From positions 7,228-71,227 of the forward strand of contig JBCQTT010000005.1 in the NCBI GenBank assembly GCA_047174765.1: a DNA stretch of 64,000 bases, written 5' to 3'. A model generated the notes under the pieces. That model worked only from the letters and a program-made list of their open reading frames with translations, did not search any database and had not been told where the DNA came from. This document shows, piece after piece, positions 43,264-53,500 of this stretch (within the stretch, counting starts at the first letter, position 1; each line of letters starts with the position of its first letter). The DNA is from Rikenellaceae bacterium (lineage in GTDB: Bacteria > Bacteroidota > Bacteroidia > Bacteroidales > Rikenellaceae). The position numbers and the translations under genes are program-made.

Positions 43264-44487
43264 ATGGCACAGAGACAAAACTCCTACACGCTACACGAAG
43301 TAGTAACAGCTCGTGACGATAGAGATTTCCACGAATTTCCTAAAAGAATATACAAAGGAAACAAATATTGGGTATGCCCAACAACCAAAGATATCCAGAA
43401 AATATTCGACCCACAAAAAAACCCCCTATTCAAAGGTGGTGAGGCTATTCGTTGGGTTGTGCGCGACGAAAAAGGGTTGATCGTTGGTCGCATAGGCGCA
43501 TTCTACAACCTCGACAAATCGGCTCTCGAAGCGCAACCTACTGGTGGCTGTGGTTTCTTCGAGGCGATAGACTCTAAGGAGGTGGCACATATGTTATTCG
43601 ACGCATCGCGCGACTGGCTCAAAGAGCGAGGTATGGAGGCGATGGATGGTCCTATCAACTTCGGTCAGCGCGACACGTGGTGGGGGTTGCTCGTTCGCGG
43701 ATTCGACTACCAGCCAATCTACGAAACCCCATACAACTTACCATACTATCAAGAGCTATTCGAGAGCTACGGATTCCAAAACTACTTCAACCAGAACACA
43801 TATCTCTGGGATTGCGCCAACAGCGCCGTAAACGACTGGGTATACGCACGCGCAAAACGCCTCCACGAGACCCCCGGATATACGTTCCGAACAATCAATA
43901 TGAAGGATCTTGCGGGTGAGGCAGAGAAGTTCCGCACGATATACAACAAGGCGTGGGCTCTATTCGATGGAGTGCCCGAGATAAGCTACAACGAGGCGCA
44001 GAAGATTATGAACACCCTCAAACCAATCATCGACCCCGACCTAATATACTTCGCATATCTCAACGACGCACCGATCGGATTCTACATTATGGTTCCCGAC
44101 CTAAACTGTATAATGGGCAAATTCAACGGTAAGTTCGGATGGTGGCAGAAGCTACAGTTGATGTGGGATCTAAAGGTTGCCAAGTCGTGTGATCGCATCT
44201 TCGGAATCATATTCGGTGTTGTTCCCGAACTCCGCGGCAAGGGTATCGAGTCGGGACTTATGGCGGCAATACTCGACCAATACATACACACCCCTCGCAA
44301 CAAATACAAAACAATGGAACTTGCGTGGATCGGTGACTTCAACCCCGTAATGAACCGTATGATCGTCAACTACGTCGGGGCTACACAGCACAAGATGCAC
44401 ACTACATATCGCTATCTATTCGATCGCGAGAAGGAGTTTACACGCTGCCCAAGAGTCGGTATGAAGAAGGCTCCGGCGGCGGAATAA
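43264..44487 (+). CDS. conserved hypothetical protein, GNAT-like (YghO-type)
   Basis: VGRIGAF, GGCGFFE, GPINFG, GLLV.GF, PYNLPYY, RGKGIE; ATG 43264 follows TATCTTTG promoter at 43200. Confidence 0.8.
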   Translation: MAQRQNSYTLHEVVTARDDRDFHEFPKRIYKGNKYWVCPTTKDIQKIFDPQKNPLFKGGEAIRWVVRDEKGLIVGRIGAFYNLDKSALEAQPTGGCGFFEAIDSKEVAHMLFDASRDWLKERGMEAMDGPINFGQRDTWWGLLVRGFDYQPIYETPYNLPYYQELFESYGFQNYFNQNTYLWDCANSAVNDWVYARAKRLHETPGYTFRTINMKDLAGEAEKFRTIYNKAWALFDGVPEISYNEAQKIMNTLKPIIDPDLIYFAYLNDAPIGFYIMVPDLNCIMGKFNGKFGWWQKLQLMWDLKVAKSCDRIFGIIFGVVPELRGKGIESGLMAAILDQYIHTPRNKYKTMELAWIGDFNPVMNRMIVNYVGATQHKMHTTYRYLFDREKEFTRCPRVGMKKAPAAE

Positions 44488-44587
44488 GTTCATTGTCTGC
44501 CTCCGGCGGGCGGAGATTGCACCTCCGCGGGTGCTAGAGATACTGCGTATCTTCTTATCACTTACAGAATAGAATCAACCAACCGCG

Positions 44588-44632
44588 TGAGGCTGCGTCA
44601 AATATACTTTGACACAGCCTCATTTTATTTTT
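44588..44632 (+). terminator. terminator between convergent gene and tRNA
   Basis: TGAGGCTGCGTCAAA...TTTGACACAGCCTCA plus T tract. Confidence 0.75.
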
Positions 44633-44646
44633 TTAAGCAGTAGTAG

Positions 44647-44718
44647 TAGCCTCGCCGCGACTCGAACGCGAATCTAAAGTTTAGGAAACTTTCGTTCTAT
44701 CCCTTGAACTACGAAGCC
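44647..44718 (-). tRNA. tRNA-Arg (CCT)
   Basis: GGCTTCG acceptor stem, AAAGT-TTCCTAA-ACTTT anticodon arm, GTTCGAG T loop. Confidence 0.92.
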
Positions 44719-44790
44719 AAAAAAAGTGACGCACAAAAAATGCGCGCCACAAATATAGTTAATCTTTTTGGATTATGCAACTCTGTCGGA

Positions 44791-46251
44791 TTAGAATCCC
44801 CAAGATAATCCAACAGAAAATGTATGTGCTACAGCGCGATAGTTACCCCCGAAAGTATTAATGTAATCTACACCATCCGCCATCTCCTTATATACAGCAG
44901 CGGTTGCTGAGTCACCAGCCGCCTCATAGAGTGCCGCGGCAGAGGCATATGCTGAGTAGACTGTATATTGCAAGCCATCCACCGATGTATATGATGCTGA
45001 GCGATCATACTTCGCAGGCGAGATGTAACCATATGCTAAGTCGATCGAGAAATTACGGTTGCTAAGTGGCATCACACTCAAACCACAAGTGTAACCAATC
45101 TTATTCATAGATGGAGTCTCGGGCGCAAAGTAAGCCGACACAACAGGACTCTCGTCGAAGTAGATACCAGCACGTGCTGTCAACCACTCTGTAGCCTTAT
45201 ACTCCGCACCGAGGCGATAGATAAATGTATTCTCATACCCCTTTGGTGAGCTGTTGACATACTCGCCATCCTCCGACGTAAAGTTAAAGTCCAAAGACTC
45301 ATATGTACTCCAACCGACCATCTGCATCTCAGCCGCGATCTTCCACCTATCTGTAGGGAGGTATGTCACTCCAACGCTAAGAGTTGATGGTAGGGGAAGC
45401 TCTGCCGCAAATGTTCCATTCTGCATAACCGAAACAGAGCTAGTGGGATCTGTTGTAAGGAGCCCCTCAACTTTCTCGTTATAGAAGTCGATATTGGTAG
45501 TACCCTCATCAACAACAGTCATCATCTTCGAGCGATACGATGCACCGATACTCCACTTGTCGCATAGGTCATACATCAAACCGACGTTAACACCAAATGC
45601 TACATTTGCATCACCATCCATCGTAATCGATGCTAGTGGTGTGCTCCCAATTGTTGCCAAAGAGCTATCTGAAGTGAGTGCTGCCGCAGTATTGTTCGAC
45701 AAGTCACCAACTGGGAACAGCGACTTCGACAAATTTACGCTACCCCACGAAACCATCAATCCTGCTCCAATAGACAACTTATCGTTGAATAGTTTATACG
45801 ACACTGTTGGTTGAACGTTGTATGCCTGCAACGAGATATCCTGAATAAGGTGAGCTCCAGCCCAACCATCATTTCCCCAGTTCATCGACGACCCATAGGG
45901 GGTGTTCACACTAAGACCCACCGCCAAATCATCTGTCACCTTATAATTTAGGTAGAGATATAGCGGTGTCGAGAGACCGTTATCCGACTTCTGCGAGTCG
46001 CTACCGTCGAAAGCCTCCCACGTTGCTGTTGCTGCGATACCTGTTACTCCCGCTGCAATCGAAAATTTCTGATCTTGGTAAGCTGCCGCCGCAGGGTTGA
46101 ACCATACCGACTCCGAGTTTAGCTTCTGTGACACCGACGTGTGAGCCATTCCCAACTGCTTTGCACTAAGGGTATTCACCTGATAACCCTCTGCCGAGGC
46201 ATTTGTTACTGCTACTGCTGCCGCAAGGGCGAATAGAATAATTTTTTTCAT
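44791..46251 (-). CDS. OmpP1/FadL family outer membrane transporter
   Basis: Signal peptide, EGYQVNTLSAKQLGM, FNPA, TPYGS, C-terminal aromatic WGF. Confidence 0.88.
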   Translation of the reverse strand: MKKIILFALAAAVAVTNASAEGYQVNTLSAKQLGMAHTSVSQKLNSESVWFNPAAAAYQDQKFSIAAGVTGIAATATWEAFDGSDSQKSDNGLSTPLYLYLNYKVTDDLAVGLSVNTPYGSSMNWGNDGWAGAHLIQDISLQAYNVQPTVSYKLFNDKLSIGAGLMVSWGSVNLSKSLFPVGDLSNNTAAALTSDSSLATIGSTPLASITMDGDANVAFGVNVGLMYDLCDKWSIGASYRSKMMTVVDEGTTNIDFYNEKVEGLLTTDPTSSVSVMQNGTFAAELPLPSTLSVGVTYLPTDRWKIAAEMQMVGWSTYESLDFNFTSEDGEYVNSSPKGYENTFIYRLGAEYKATEWLTARAGIYFDESPVVSAYFAPETPSMNKIGYTCGLSVMPLSNRNFSIDLAYGYISPAKYDRSASYTSVDGLQYTVYSAYASAAALYEAAGDSATAAVYKEMADGVDYINTFGGNYRAVAHTFSVGLSWGF

Positions 46252-46501
46252 TGGTTAGTTGTTTGCTTACAAAAAAATATGCCGATCTATTGATTATTAA
46301 ATGTACTTTTCACAGTACTTTATAACAATAAATCGGCACAAAAGTATAGTAAATAAATTAGTTTGCCAAATTTTTTAGCAACTAATTATCCTAAACGGCT
46401 TTTTTTGTCTCCAAAACTACCTTTGCGGAATACTCCTTGGTTATACATATTGGAGGGAGCAGCGAAGTATATTCTCCCCCCCATCGACGTTGGGAGATCT
46501 T

Positions 46502-47833
46502 CTACAACTCAATAATAGTCGATTGCGAGTCTGTTTTGAGAGCCTCGGCAATTCGTGCACAGCGAGCCTCAGCATCTTGACACAGAGCCTCTATGTCAAC
46601 TCCAACAACCTCGCGATTGTCGACGAGAAGTTCTCCATCTACGACTACATATTTTACGTCGGACGACTTTCCACAATAGACCAATGATGAGATTATGTTG
46701 TGACGAGGGCGGTGGTGTATGCCTCGAATATCGACAACGATAAGGTCGGCAAGTGCTCCACACTCCACAACTCCAAGATCACTATACCCTAAAGCCTTTG
46801 CTCCATTGACGGTCGCCATCTTAAGGAGATCGTAGGCAGGCAGAACCGTTGGATTCATCTCCTTAACACGCTGTACGAGGGCGGTTGTGCGCATCTCCTC
46901 CCACATATCGAGGTCGTTGTTCGAACTTGCTCCATCTGTGGCAATGGTGCAGTTCATACCCTTATCTTTCATCTGAGAGATTGGGGCTACGCCACTTGCG
47001 AGCTTCAAGTTGCTCTGAGCATTGTGGGCAACAGCAGCACCACTTTGGGCGATGCGCTCCATCTCCTGCTCTTCGATATATACACAGTGAGCAAGAATCG
47101 TACTCTCCTTCACGACCCCTGCTTTCTCGATGTAACTGAGGGGTGAACAACCATACTTCTCCTCTATGCCGGGGCGCTCCGATGGGGTTTCGCTTAGGTG
47201 TATTGTGATTGGTAGGTTATGTTTTTCGGCGTAGTCACGGGCGATCTCCAATGTTGCAGGTGAGCAGGTATATGGGGCGTGTGGAGCGACACCACAGCGC
47301 ACTCTCGAACACCCTTCGGTGACACTTCGTAGGCGATCCATATCGCGGACAAATAGCTCGTCGCGACCATCGAGGATCGACTCACAGAGCAGAGCGCGTG
47401 CCCCCATTTGGCGTGTAACCTCAGCTATAGCATACTCCGACCAATACATATCGACGAATGACGTACATCCCCCAAGTAACAACTCCGCAATACCGAGTCT
47501 CGTACCTGCGGCAATATCCTCCTCACTAAGTTGTGCCTCAAACTTCCATATGTAGCCCGTCAACCACTCCATCAACTCCATATCATCGGCATAGTTGCGC
47601 ATCAAGGTCATTGGAATATGGGTATGTGTATTTACGAGTCCCGGCATAATGACCATACCGCGACAATCAATCTCGCGACACTCCCCGGCGTCTCTAAAGT
47701 TGTCGGCATCCGTACTGTCGTAACTAACCATTGCGATGCGGTTATCCACAACACCGACCCATCCTGTTTGTGGGGTGGGTGTTGTCTGCTCTTTCATAGT
47801 GAGGATCTCGCCCTCAGATAGTAATATTCTCAT
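46502..47833 (-). CDS. amidohydrolase (MTA/SAH deaminase-like)
   Basis: PGLVNTHTH, APHAPYTCS, HLSET, LAHCV, SNLKLASG, TDGASSNN; true start 47833 (ORF-track extension lies in a repeat). Confidence 0.88.
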   Translation of the reverse strand: MRILLSEGEILTMKEQTTPTPQTGWVGVVDNRIAMVSYDSTDADNFRDAGECREIDCRGMVIMPGLVNTHTHIPMTLMRNYADDMELMEWLTGYIWKFEAQLSEEDIAAGTRLGIAELLLGGCTSFVDMYWSEYAIAEVTRQMGARALLCESILDGRDELFVRDMDRLRSVTEGCSRVRCGVAPHAPYTCSPATLEIARDYAEKHNLPITIHLSETPSERPGIEEKYGCSPLSYIEKAGVVKESTILAHCVYIEEQEMERIAQSGAAVAHNAQSNLKLASGVAPISQMKDKGMNCTIATDGASSNNDLDMWEEMRTTALVQRVKEMNPTVLPAYDLLKMATVNGAKALGYSDLGVVECGALADLIVVDIRGIHHRPRHNIISSLVYCGKSSDVKYVVVDGELLVDNREVVGVDIEALCQDAEARCARIAEALKTDSQSTIIEL

Positions 47834-47853
47834 TGTAATTTTTTTATTTAGAA

Positions 47854-48113
47854 TTAGTAGTGATGCGTTAATAATCTCTACCACTGCCCTGCGCGGGCGG
47901 CGGCGGAGTGCTCTCCGCGGAGCTTTGTTTTCGCTGCGATTGTTAATAGATTGAGAATCAATCTGCTATATATTGATAAATGTTCGATTAAAGCTATGCT
48001 TTATCGCTCATTTCCCAATATATAGCTACGTAGGCTGCGCCTACTATTAACAATCGAATACAAGTGTCCATCCAAATCTAAAAACGCATCACCATTAATC
48101 ATTTATCATTAAT
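47854..48113 (+). repeat. repeat family 2, copy D
   Basis: Near-identical to copy A; bounded by TAGTGATGCGTT / AACGCATCACCA imperfect inverted ends. Confidence 0.9.
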
Positions 48114-48135
48114 CGTTTTAGAATCTATATTTCAA

Positions 48136-48591
48136 CTATCGACGAGGGTTCTCCGATCTATTTCGCATTACGGATCTTCCCGTAATAGTAAATTGAGTAA
48201 ACCCTGTGTCGCCTCGCGAAGTGGAGTATATCTGCACCACTTTGGAGAATAGCCCCGGAGGCATTTTGCGAACCTCATATAAAACTTTCATCTCGCGGCT
48301 CTCACCCGGAGCAATTGGTCTCTTTGAGAGTGTCGCCTTCATACAGCTGCACGACCTCTCAACACGTTTGATGATGAGGGGTTCGTCACCGCGGTTTTCG
48401 ATAACAAATATATGTTGTATATCTTCGCGCTTACGGTCGACCGTTCCGAAGTTATAGGTTAGGTTTTCGCAGTAGATTAGTGCTCCGCTTGTCTCGCTCT
48501 CTTGTGTGTCGACCTCGACCTCTATCTCCGACTCTGCGTAGAGATGAGGTGTCGTCAGTGCGACCATTAATAATATTAAAAATCTCTTCAT
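48136..48591 (-). CDS. DUF1573 domain (Ig-like) protein
   Basis: Signal peptide, YNFG, F.IEN.G.EPL.I, SCSC, PI.PGE. Confidence 0.85.
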   Translation of the reverse strand: MKRFLILLMVALTTPHLYAESEIEVEVDTQESETSGALIYCENLTYNFGTVDRKREDIQHIFVIENRGDEPLIIKRVERSCSCMKATLSKRPIAPGESREMKVLYEVRKMPPGLFSKVVQIYSTSRGDTGFTQFTITGRSVMRNRSENPRR

Positions 48592-48598
48592 TGTGTGG

Positions 48599-49375
48599 TT
48601 AGTTCAACTTAAAGATATAGGTAATTGTTCCGCTCTGGGTAAATGTATCGCTCGACGTGAATTGAGCCTTTAGAGCCGCCTCACGCGCCGCAGCGATAAG
48701 TATCGAGCTGTTTGTTGTCGATCCATTTGCATTGTAGTTAGCCGAGGTGACACGTCCCGAGCCATCGACCAAAATCGTTATCACGACTCGACCCTCCTGT
48801 TGCTCCTCGTAATTTGGAATGGGGAGTCTGCCGACCAGAGAACGCCCCGCCAAGCTGAAGTTTCCCGACAGACCACTACCAAGTTCCGACGTAGCCTCCG
48901 TGCTGCCACGATCTGAACCTACGACACCCTCCGTCTGCTCGTCGTTGCCCTCGCTTGGGCTCTCCTGCGTCTGGCTTGTACCGGGGAAGAGGGCTCGTTT
49001 ATTCACCTCGCGAGGTGTTACAACCTCCTCCTCAACAACCTCCTCTGCTTCGGGTTCGAGCTGCTCAATGTCGCTACTCTCGTCGGTTGGCATCGGCTCG
49101 GGAGTTGGTTCGGGTTCGGGTTCGGGAGTAGATACCACCTCGGGCATTGTCTCCTCGCTGGTGAGCTCTCCGCCCCCCTCGTCGCTATCTCCAAATGAGA
49201 TGAGGATACTCCCCTGCGTTAGCTCCTCGACCTCGATATCCTCCGAGGGGTTGCACTCTACTAACCACATCGCTAGCGCCACCACAACGACATAGAGCAC
49301 CGTTGCGACAATACCTCCGCGACGTGCCGTTACATCATATTCTGGGTGATAAGAGTGTGGGTTAATCATCTTCAA
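48599..49375 (-). CDS. TonB family energy transducer
   Basis: N-terminal TM, PEPEP linker, C-terminal EGRVVITILVD..G.V; downstream of exbBD. Confidence 0.85.
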   Translation of the reverse strand: MKMINPHSYHPEYDVTARRGGIVATVLYVVVVALAMWLVECNPSEDIEVEELTQGSILISFGDSDEGGGELTSEETMPEVVSTPEPEPEPTPEPMPTDESSDIEQLEPEAEEVVEEEVVTPREVNKRALFPGTSQTQESPSEGNDEQTEGVVGSDRGSTEATSELGSGLSGNFSLAGRSLVGRLPIPNYEEQQEGRVVITILVDGSGRVTSANYNANGSTTNSSILIAAAREAALKAQFTSSDTFTQSGTITYIFKLN

Positions 49376-49381
49376 AATGGA

Positions 49382-49795
49382 TTAGTTTGGCGTCGTAGCC
49401 AATATCAATTCATATTTATTCTTTGAGGCGATATTCATAATCTGCACAACCTCATCAATCGCGACATTCTTGTCGCAATGCAACGAGATAATAGCTTTCT
49501 GCTCCTCCTCCATCTTCGAGCGCATACTCTCAAGTCGACTCTCCACCTCTGCGAGGTCCGACAGCTCCTCTAGCTCAACATAGTATCGATATCCATTTTC
49601 GGCTTGTTCGATACTCACGGAGGTGTATGCTTTGTCGTTTACTTTGTTGGCGCTTCGCGGAAGGGTTAGCTTCACGGCATTGGGGTTAATCAGCGTCGTT
49701 GCGATCAACAAAAATAGAAGGAGTAGAAACATCAAGTCGGTCATAGATGCCGACGAGAAAGATTTATCTACCTTTGATCCACGTTTAATAGCCAT
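49382..49795 (-). CDS. exbD: biopolymer transporter ExbD
   Basis: SMTDLMFLLLLF, LP.S. Confidence 0.9.
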   Translation of the reverse strand: MAIKRGSKVDKSFSSASMTDLMFLLLLFLLIATTLINPNAVKLTLPRSANKVNDKAYTSVSIEQAENGYRYYVELEELSDLAEVESRLESMRSKMEEEQKAIISLHCDKNVAIDEVVQIMNIASKNKYELILATTPN

Positions 49796-49813
49796 ATTCT
49801 TGATTGATGTCGA

Positions 49814-50497
49814 TTAGATGTTTGACTGAGGCTTTGAGGGCTGGCTCAATATGTCGAGAAATGCGATTGAGTTAGCCTCCATTCTAAATACCAACTTCTC
49901 GATGCGCGCAACCAAATAGTTGTATCCAAAGAACGCGGGGATACCAACAATAAGTCCCGCAACAGTTGTGACCATTGCGATATACATACCACCTGCCAAG
50001 ATCGACATATCGGGTGATCCTCCTGCCGCTGCGATATCCATAAAGGTCTTAACCATTCCCAACACAGTACCCAAGAATCCAATCATTGGGGCACCTCCGG
50101 CGATTGTCGCTAGGGCAGGAAGGTTCTCCTCCAACTTCGACACCTCGAGGTTTGCCACATTCTCCACTGCACTCTGAACATCGCTCATCGGGCGACCGAT
50201 ACGAGCGATACCCTTTTCGATCATCCTTGCGATGGGTGTATCGAACTCGTGGCAGAGCTCAATGGCGGCTGCGGTTTTACCTTGGTATATGTAATCACGG
50301 ATACGATTCATAAAATCTTTGTCTATCGTATTAGCCTTTTGTATTGCGATGTAGCGCTCCACAAAGATATAGATTGTCACGCCTCCCAATGCCAAGAGGG
50401 GGTACATCAACCATCCTCCCTTCGTAAATAGCTCCCAAAGTCCCATCGTGCTCTCGTTCTGTGAGAGGTCTGCTGCTGTCTGCAAAAAAGTAATCAT
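49814..50497 (-). CDS. exbB: MotA/TolQ/ExbB proton channel protein
   Basis: APMIGFLGTV.GM, AMVTT.AGL.VGIP. Confidence 0.9.
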   Translation of the reverse strand: MITFLQTAADLSQNESTMGLWELFTKGGWLMYPLLALGGVTIYIFVERYIAIQKANTIDKDFMNRIRDYIYQGKTAAAIELCHEFDTPIARMIEKGIARIGRPMSDVQSAVENVANLEVSKLEENLPALATIAGGAPMIGFLGTVLGMVKTFMDIAAAGGSPDMSILAGGMYIAMVTTVAGLIVGIPAFFGYNYLVARIEKLVFRMEANSIAFLDILSQPSKPQSNI

Positions 50498-50532
50498 TTC
50501 GTTTTGTTGTATTTAATTTTATTTGTTATTCA

Positions 50533-53500
50533 TTATTCATTCAAACTGAGCCCTAACTCCTGCTCCTCTTCGCTCTCCTTGCGGCGCAGAGCCTTTTGAG
50601 CTCGGCGCTCCTCTCGCTGTTCTAACCTCTCTTCGCTCGCTCTGAATCGTGCCTTGACTTTCTGTTGGAGATCGTGGAAGTTATCGAAGTTTTCGCGGTA
50701 GTATATTCCTATTCCGGTCTCTTGGAGACCTTGGTTCTCATCGTAGGTGTCGATCGTCTGGGTAAAACCTCGTAGCTTCAGCGCTCCTGCGCGGTCGATT
50801 AGCCACGTTATGTATGCCTCACCCAAGAAGTTCGACGCATCTTCACTAATAGCCTGCTTGTTGTCGATGATGTAGTTTCCCTCTAGCTCTACGAGCAATC
50901 GATTGTCGACCCACCCCTTCGAGAAGCCGAAGTCAACCTCATCTCCAGCCAACTCCGACTCGGGACGATAGCGAATGACAACATTATAGTTACTCGACGA
51001 CAACCAGTTACTGAGCTGATTTGTGAGGAGCTCAAATCCCGTTGCCGCAGTTGTCGAGACACCCAAGTCTCCTGTGCCTCCCGTTGCGGAGTCGGCAATA
51101 AATGAGTTTGCCAACATAAGGTAGAAGAATTGTCGCGACACAGCCTCCTGATCGTTAAGTAGGTTTGCCACAGCTTGCTGTTGTTCGGGGTCTGCCGTGG
51201 GCAGCTCAATGGCGAACGACACTTCGGGCTGTGTCAACCTATCACTTAGGTTGATGATACAGTTGACTGGTATGGCTCGTGTCGACTCATCCGAGATGAG
51301 AGGCTCTAACGACGTCTTCAACTCATAGATGGCGTTGATGTCGAGAATCGGGTTTATTGGTGATCCACTCCACTGGATTGTCGACCCGGGGTCAATCACA
51401 AAGCGTTTGTTGACGATGTTACGCAGCGTAAAGAGGTAGTTTCCCTCGTTGATCGTATAGTCGCCATACATATCGAAGATATTCGATTTGGGTTCGATCC
51501 TCATATTCATTCGCCCCTCGCCTCTCGCCTTGATGATATCCCCCACCGTCGGATCGATCACCAACTGCACCTCGGTGTTAGGGCGTATGTCGAGTGCTAA
51601 GTTAATCGACATAGCGCCATTGTTACCTCTGGTTCTATTGCTGCGCTCCATAAGGAGTCGACGTCTCTGGGTTAGGGATGTTGTGTCGCGCTTTACGGGC
51701 TGTACGAACGTGATGAAGTCGGCAGTCGATATGTTCGACTTGTTCATAAGCGGCATAAAGAAGTATGAGTTGTCGTTTGAGGTGGCTGTGATATCCATCT
51801 TCACACCACTCTTGTCACCCTCGATCTCTGCCACGCCCGACGCAAAGATTTGACCATAAAATGTGTCATTATCTTTTTTCTCGGTATTAAGGACGAGCAA
51901 ATTGTTGGGTACAACACGGATCTTATACCATATATTTGAGAGGTGCTTCAAATCTACATCGAGCTGTACAGAAGCCTTCCCACCCTTCTCGTCGACGATT
52001 TGAGTTGGTGTGGTCGAGAGGAGGTTGTCGTAGACACGTATTATGCCGTTTGGCATCGTGTAACGACTCTTGGTATATGCGACTGTTGTTGCGAGGTTAT
52101 GGGTTGTGATTGTTCCATTGAGGTGAGCATCGCGACGCGTACCCTGAAGAATAAGTGACAAGTCAGCATACCCCTCAGTGTCGGTTATGACCCCTCCCAA
52201 CGGAGGGTCGAGGATTGCCATCTGCACGCTGTCGACCTTCAACTCTGCGTAGTATCGAACCTCTGTCGGCACATAGTATCCACGTATCAACGTCTCGCCA
52301 TTGACCCTATCCGAGAGGATTAGGCGTGCTCTATTGAGTTTTGCGTTCCACTCCGCTTGGAGTCGCATAGGAGGGGCATTCAGTGTGTTTACGCTAACGC
52401 TGTCGAGCTCCACCTCCGCATTGAATCGCCCAGCTCCAAACAGAGCCGATATTGATGCTTCGCCATTTGTTCGCCCCTCGATGTTGTAACCTATCTGCGA
52501 GATAAATGTCGAGAAGATCGAGAGGTCGAAGTTTCGCATATTCATCCTAACAGTGTCGGCAATAGAGGTCGAGGCGCGACCATTGAGGGTCATCAACTGA
52601 TCTCGACTCTCCACCTTGAAGTGTTCGACATCGACCCCCTGCTTGTTGACAATAATCGAGCGAGAGCTTATGTTCCACTCTTCGTTACGTCGAACGATTG
52701 TTGAGGGTCGGAGGCGAAGATCTATCTCACGTCCTCGAATTTCGTCGTTGCTAAGATCTACCCTCAACCCGATGTTGGCGATGGCACTATCGGCTGGGTT
52801 TATGAAGCTACTATTTAGCTCTATCCTATTTTCGCGTGCACTAGCTATGAGGTTTGCATTTTCGATGAACGATGTGCCGACGAACAACTCCCCGATTCTA
52901 CTATGCAGAGTCAACGAGTCACCTCGATTAGAGCTCTCTATGTCGAGCCCGATGGCAAGAGTTGACCCCTGCTCGAAGTAGGGGGCTCTTAGCGCCCCAT
53001 CGAACAGATATGTCTGAGGGTTAAATGTAAATTCTAGTGTCGAGTCATCGCCGATTTGTAAACCTCTACTAAACACATTTGCAATTGGGTTTAGGTTGCG
53101 AGTGGTGATTTTTAGGTGAGACGTAGCCTCCTTACTCTCCATCTCCTCTGCCGATATTGAGGGGAGACTCTCTTCGGTTACATTGTTGTAGAGGGCAGGT
53201 AGATACTCTGCTACCGCATTCTTCGCAAATTTTATGATGTGCGCCACCTTGTCTGGGGACTCAAACTCCAACGTCGCAAACTCACTACTCAACTTCGCCT
53301 CACGTAGACCTTCTTCACTGTGCATCGAGAGGTCGATCTGAGATATCTGTAGCGAGTCGCTATTGTAACGATATAGGGTGTTGTCGACCTGTAGGTTTGC
53401 CCAACATCTCTCGATGTCGCGACCCTCAGCCCGACCCTCTATCGAGGTAGATATGAAGGCTATAGTGTCGCGTCTGTTGACTCTAAAGTGGGTTAAGTTT

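Noticed and set aside
44647-44718. tRNA-Arg as an integration site for an island or prophage
   Set aside because: No integrase and no duplicated tRNA 3' end seen in the window.
49095-49130. (TTCGGG)n tandem repeat
   Set aside because: Encodes the ordinary Pro-Glu linker of the TonB protein.
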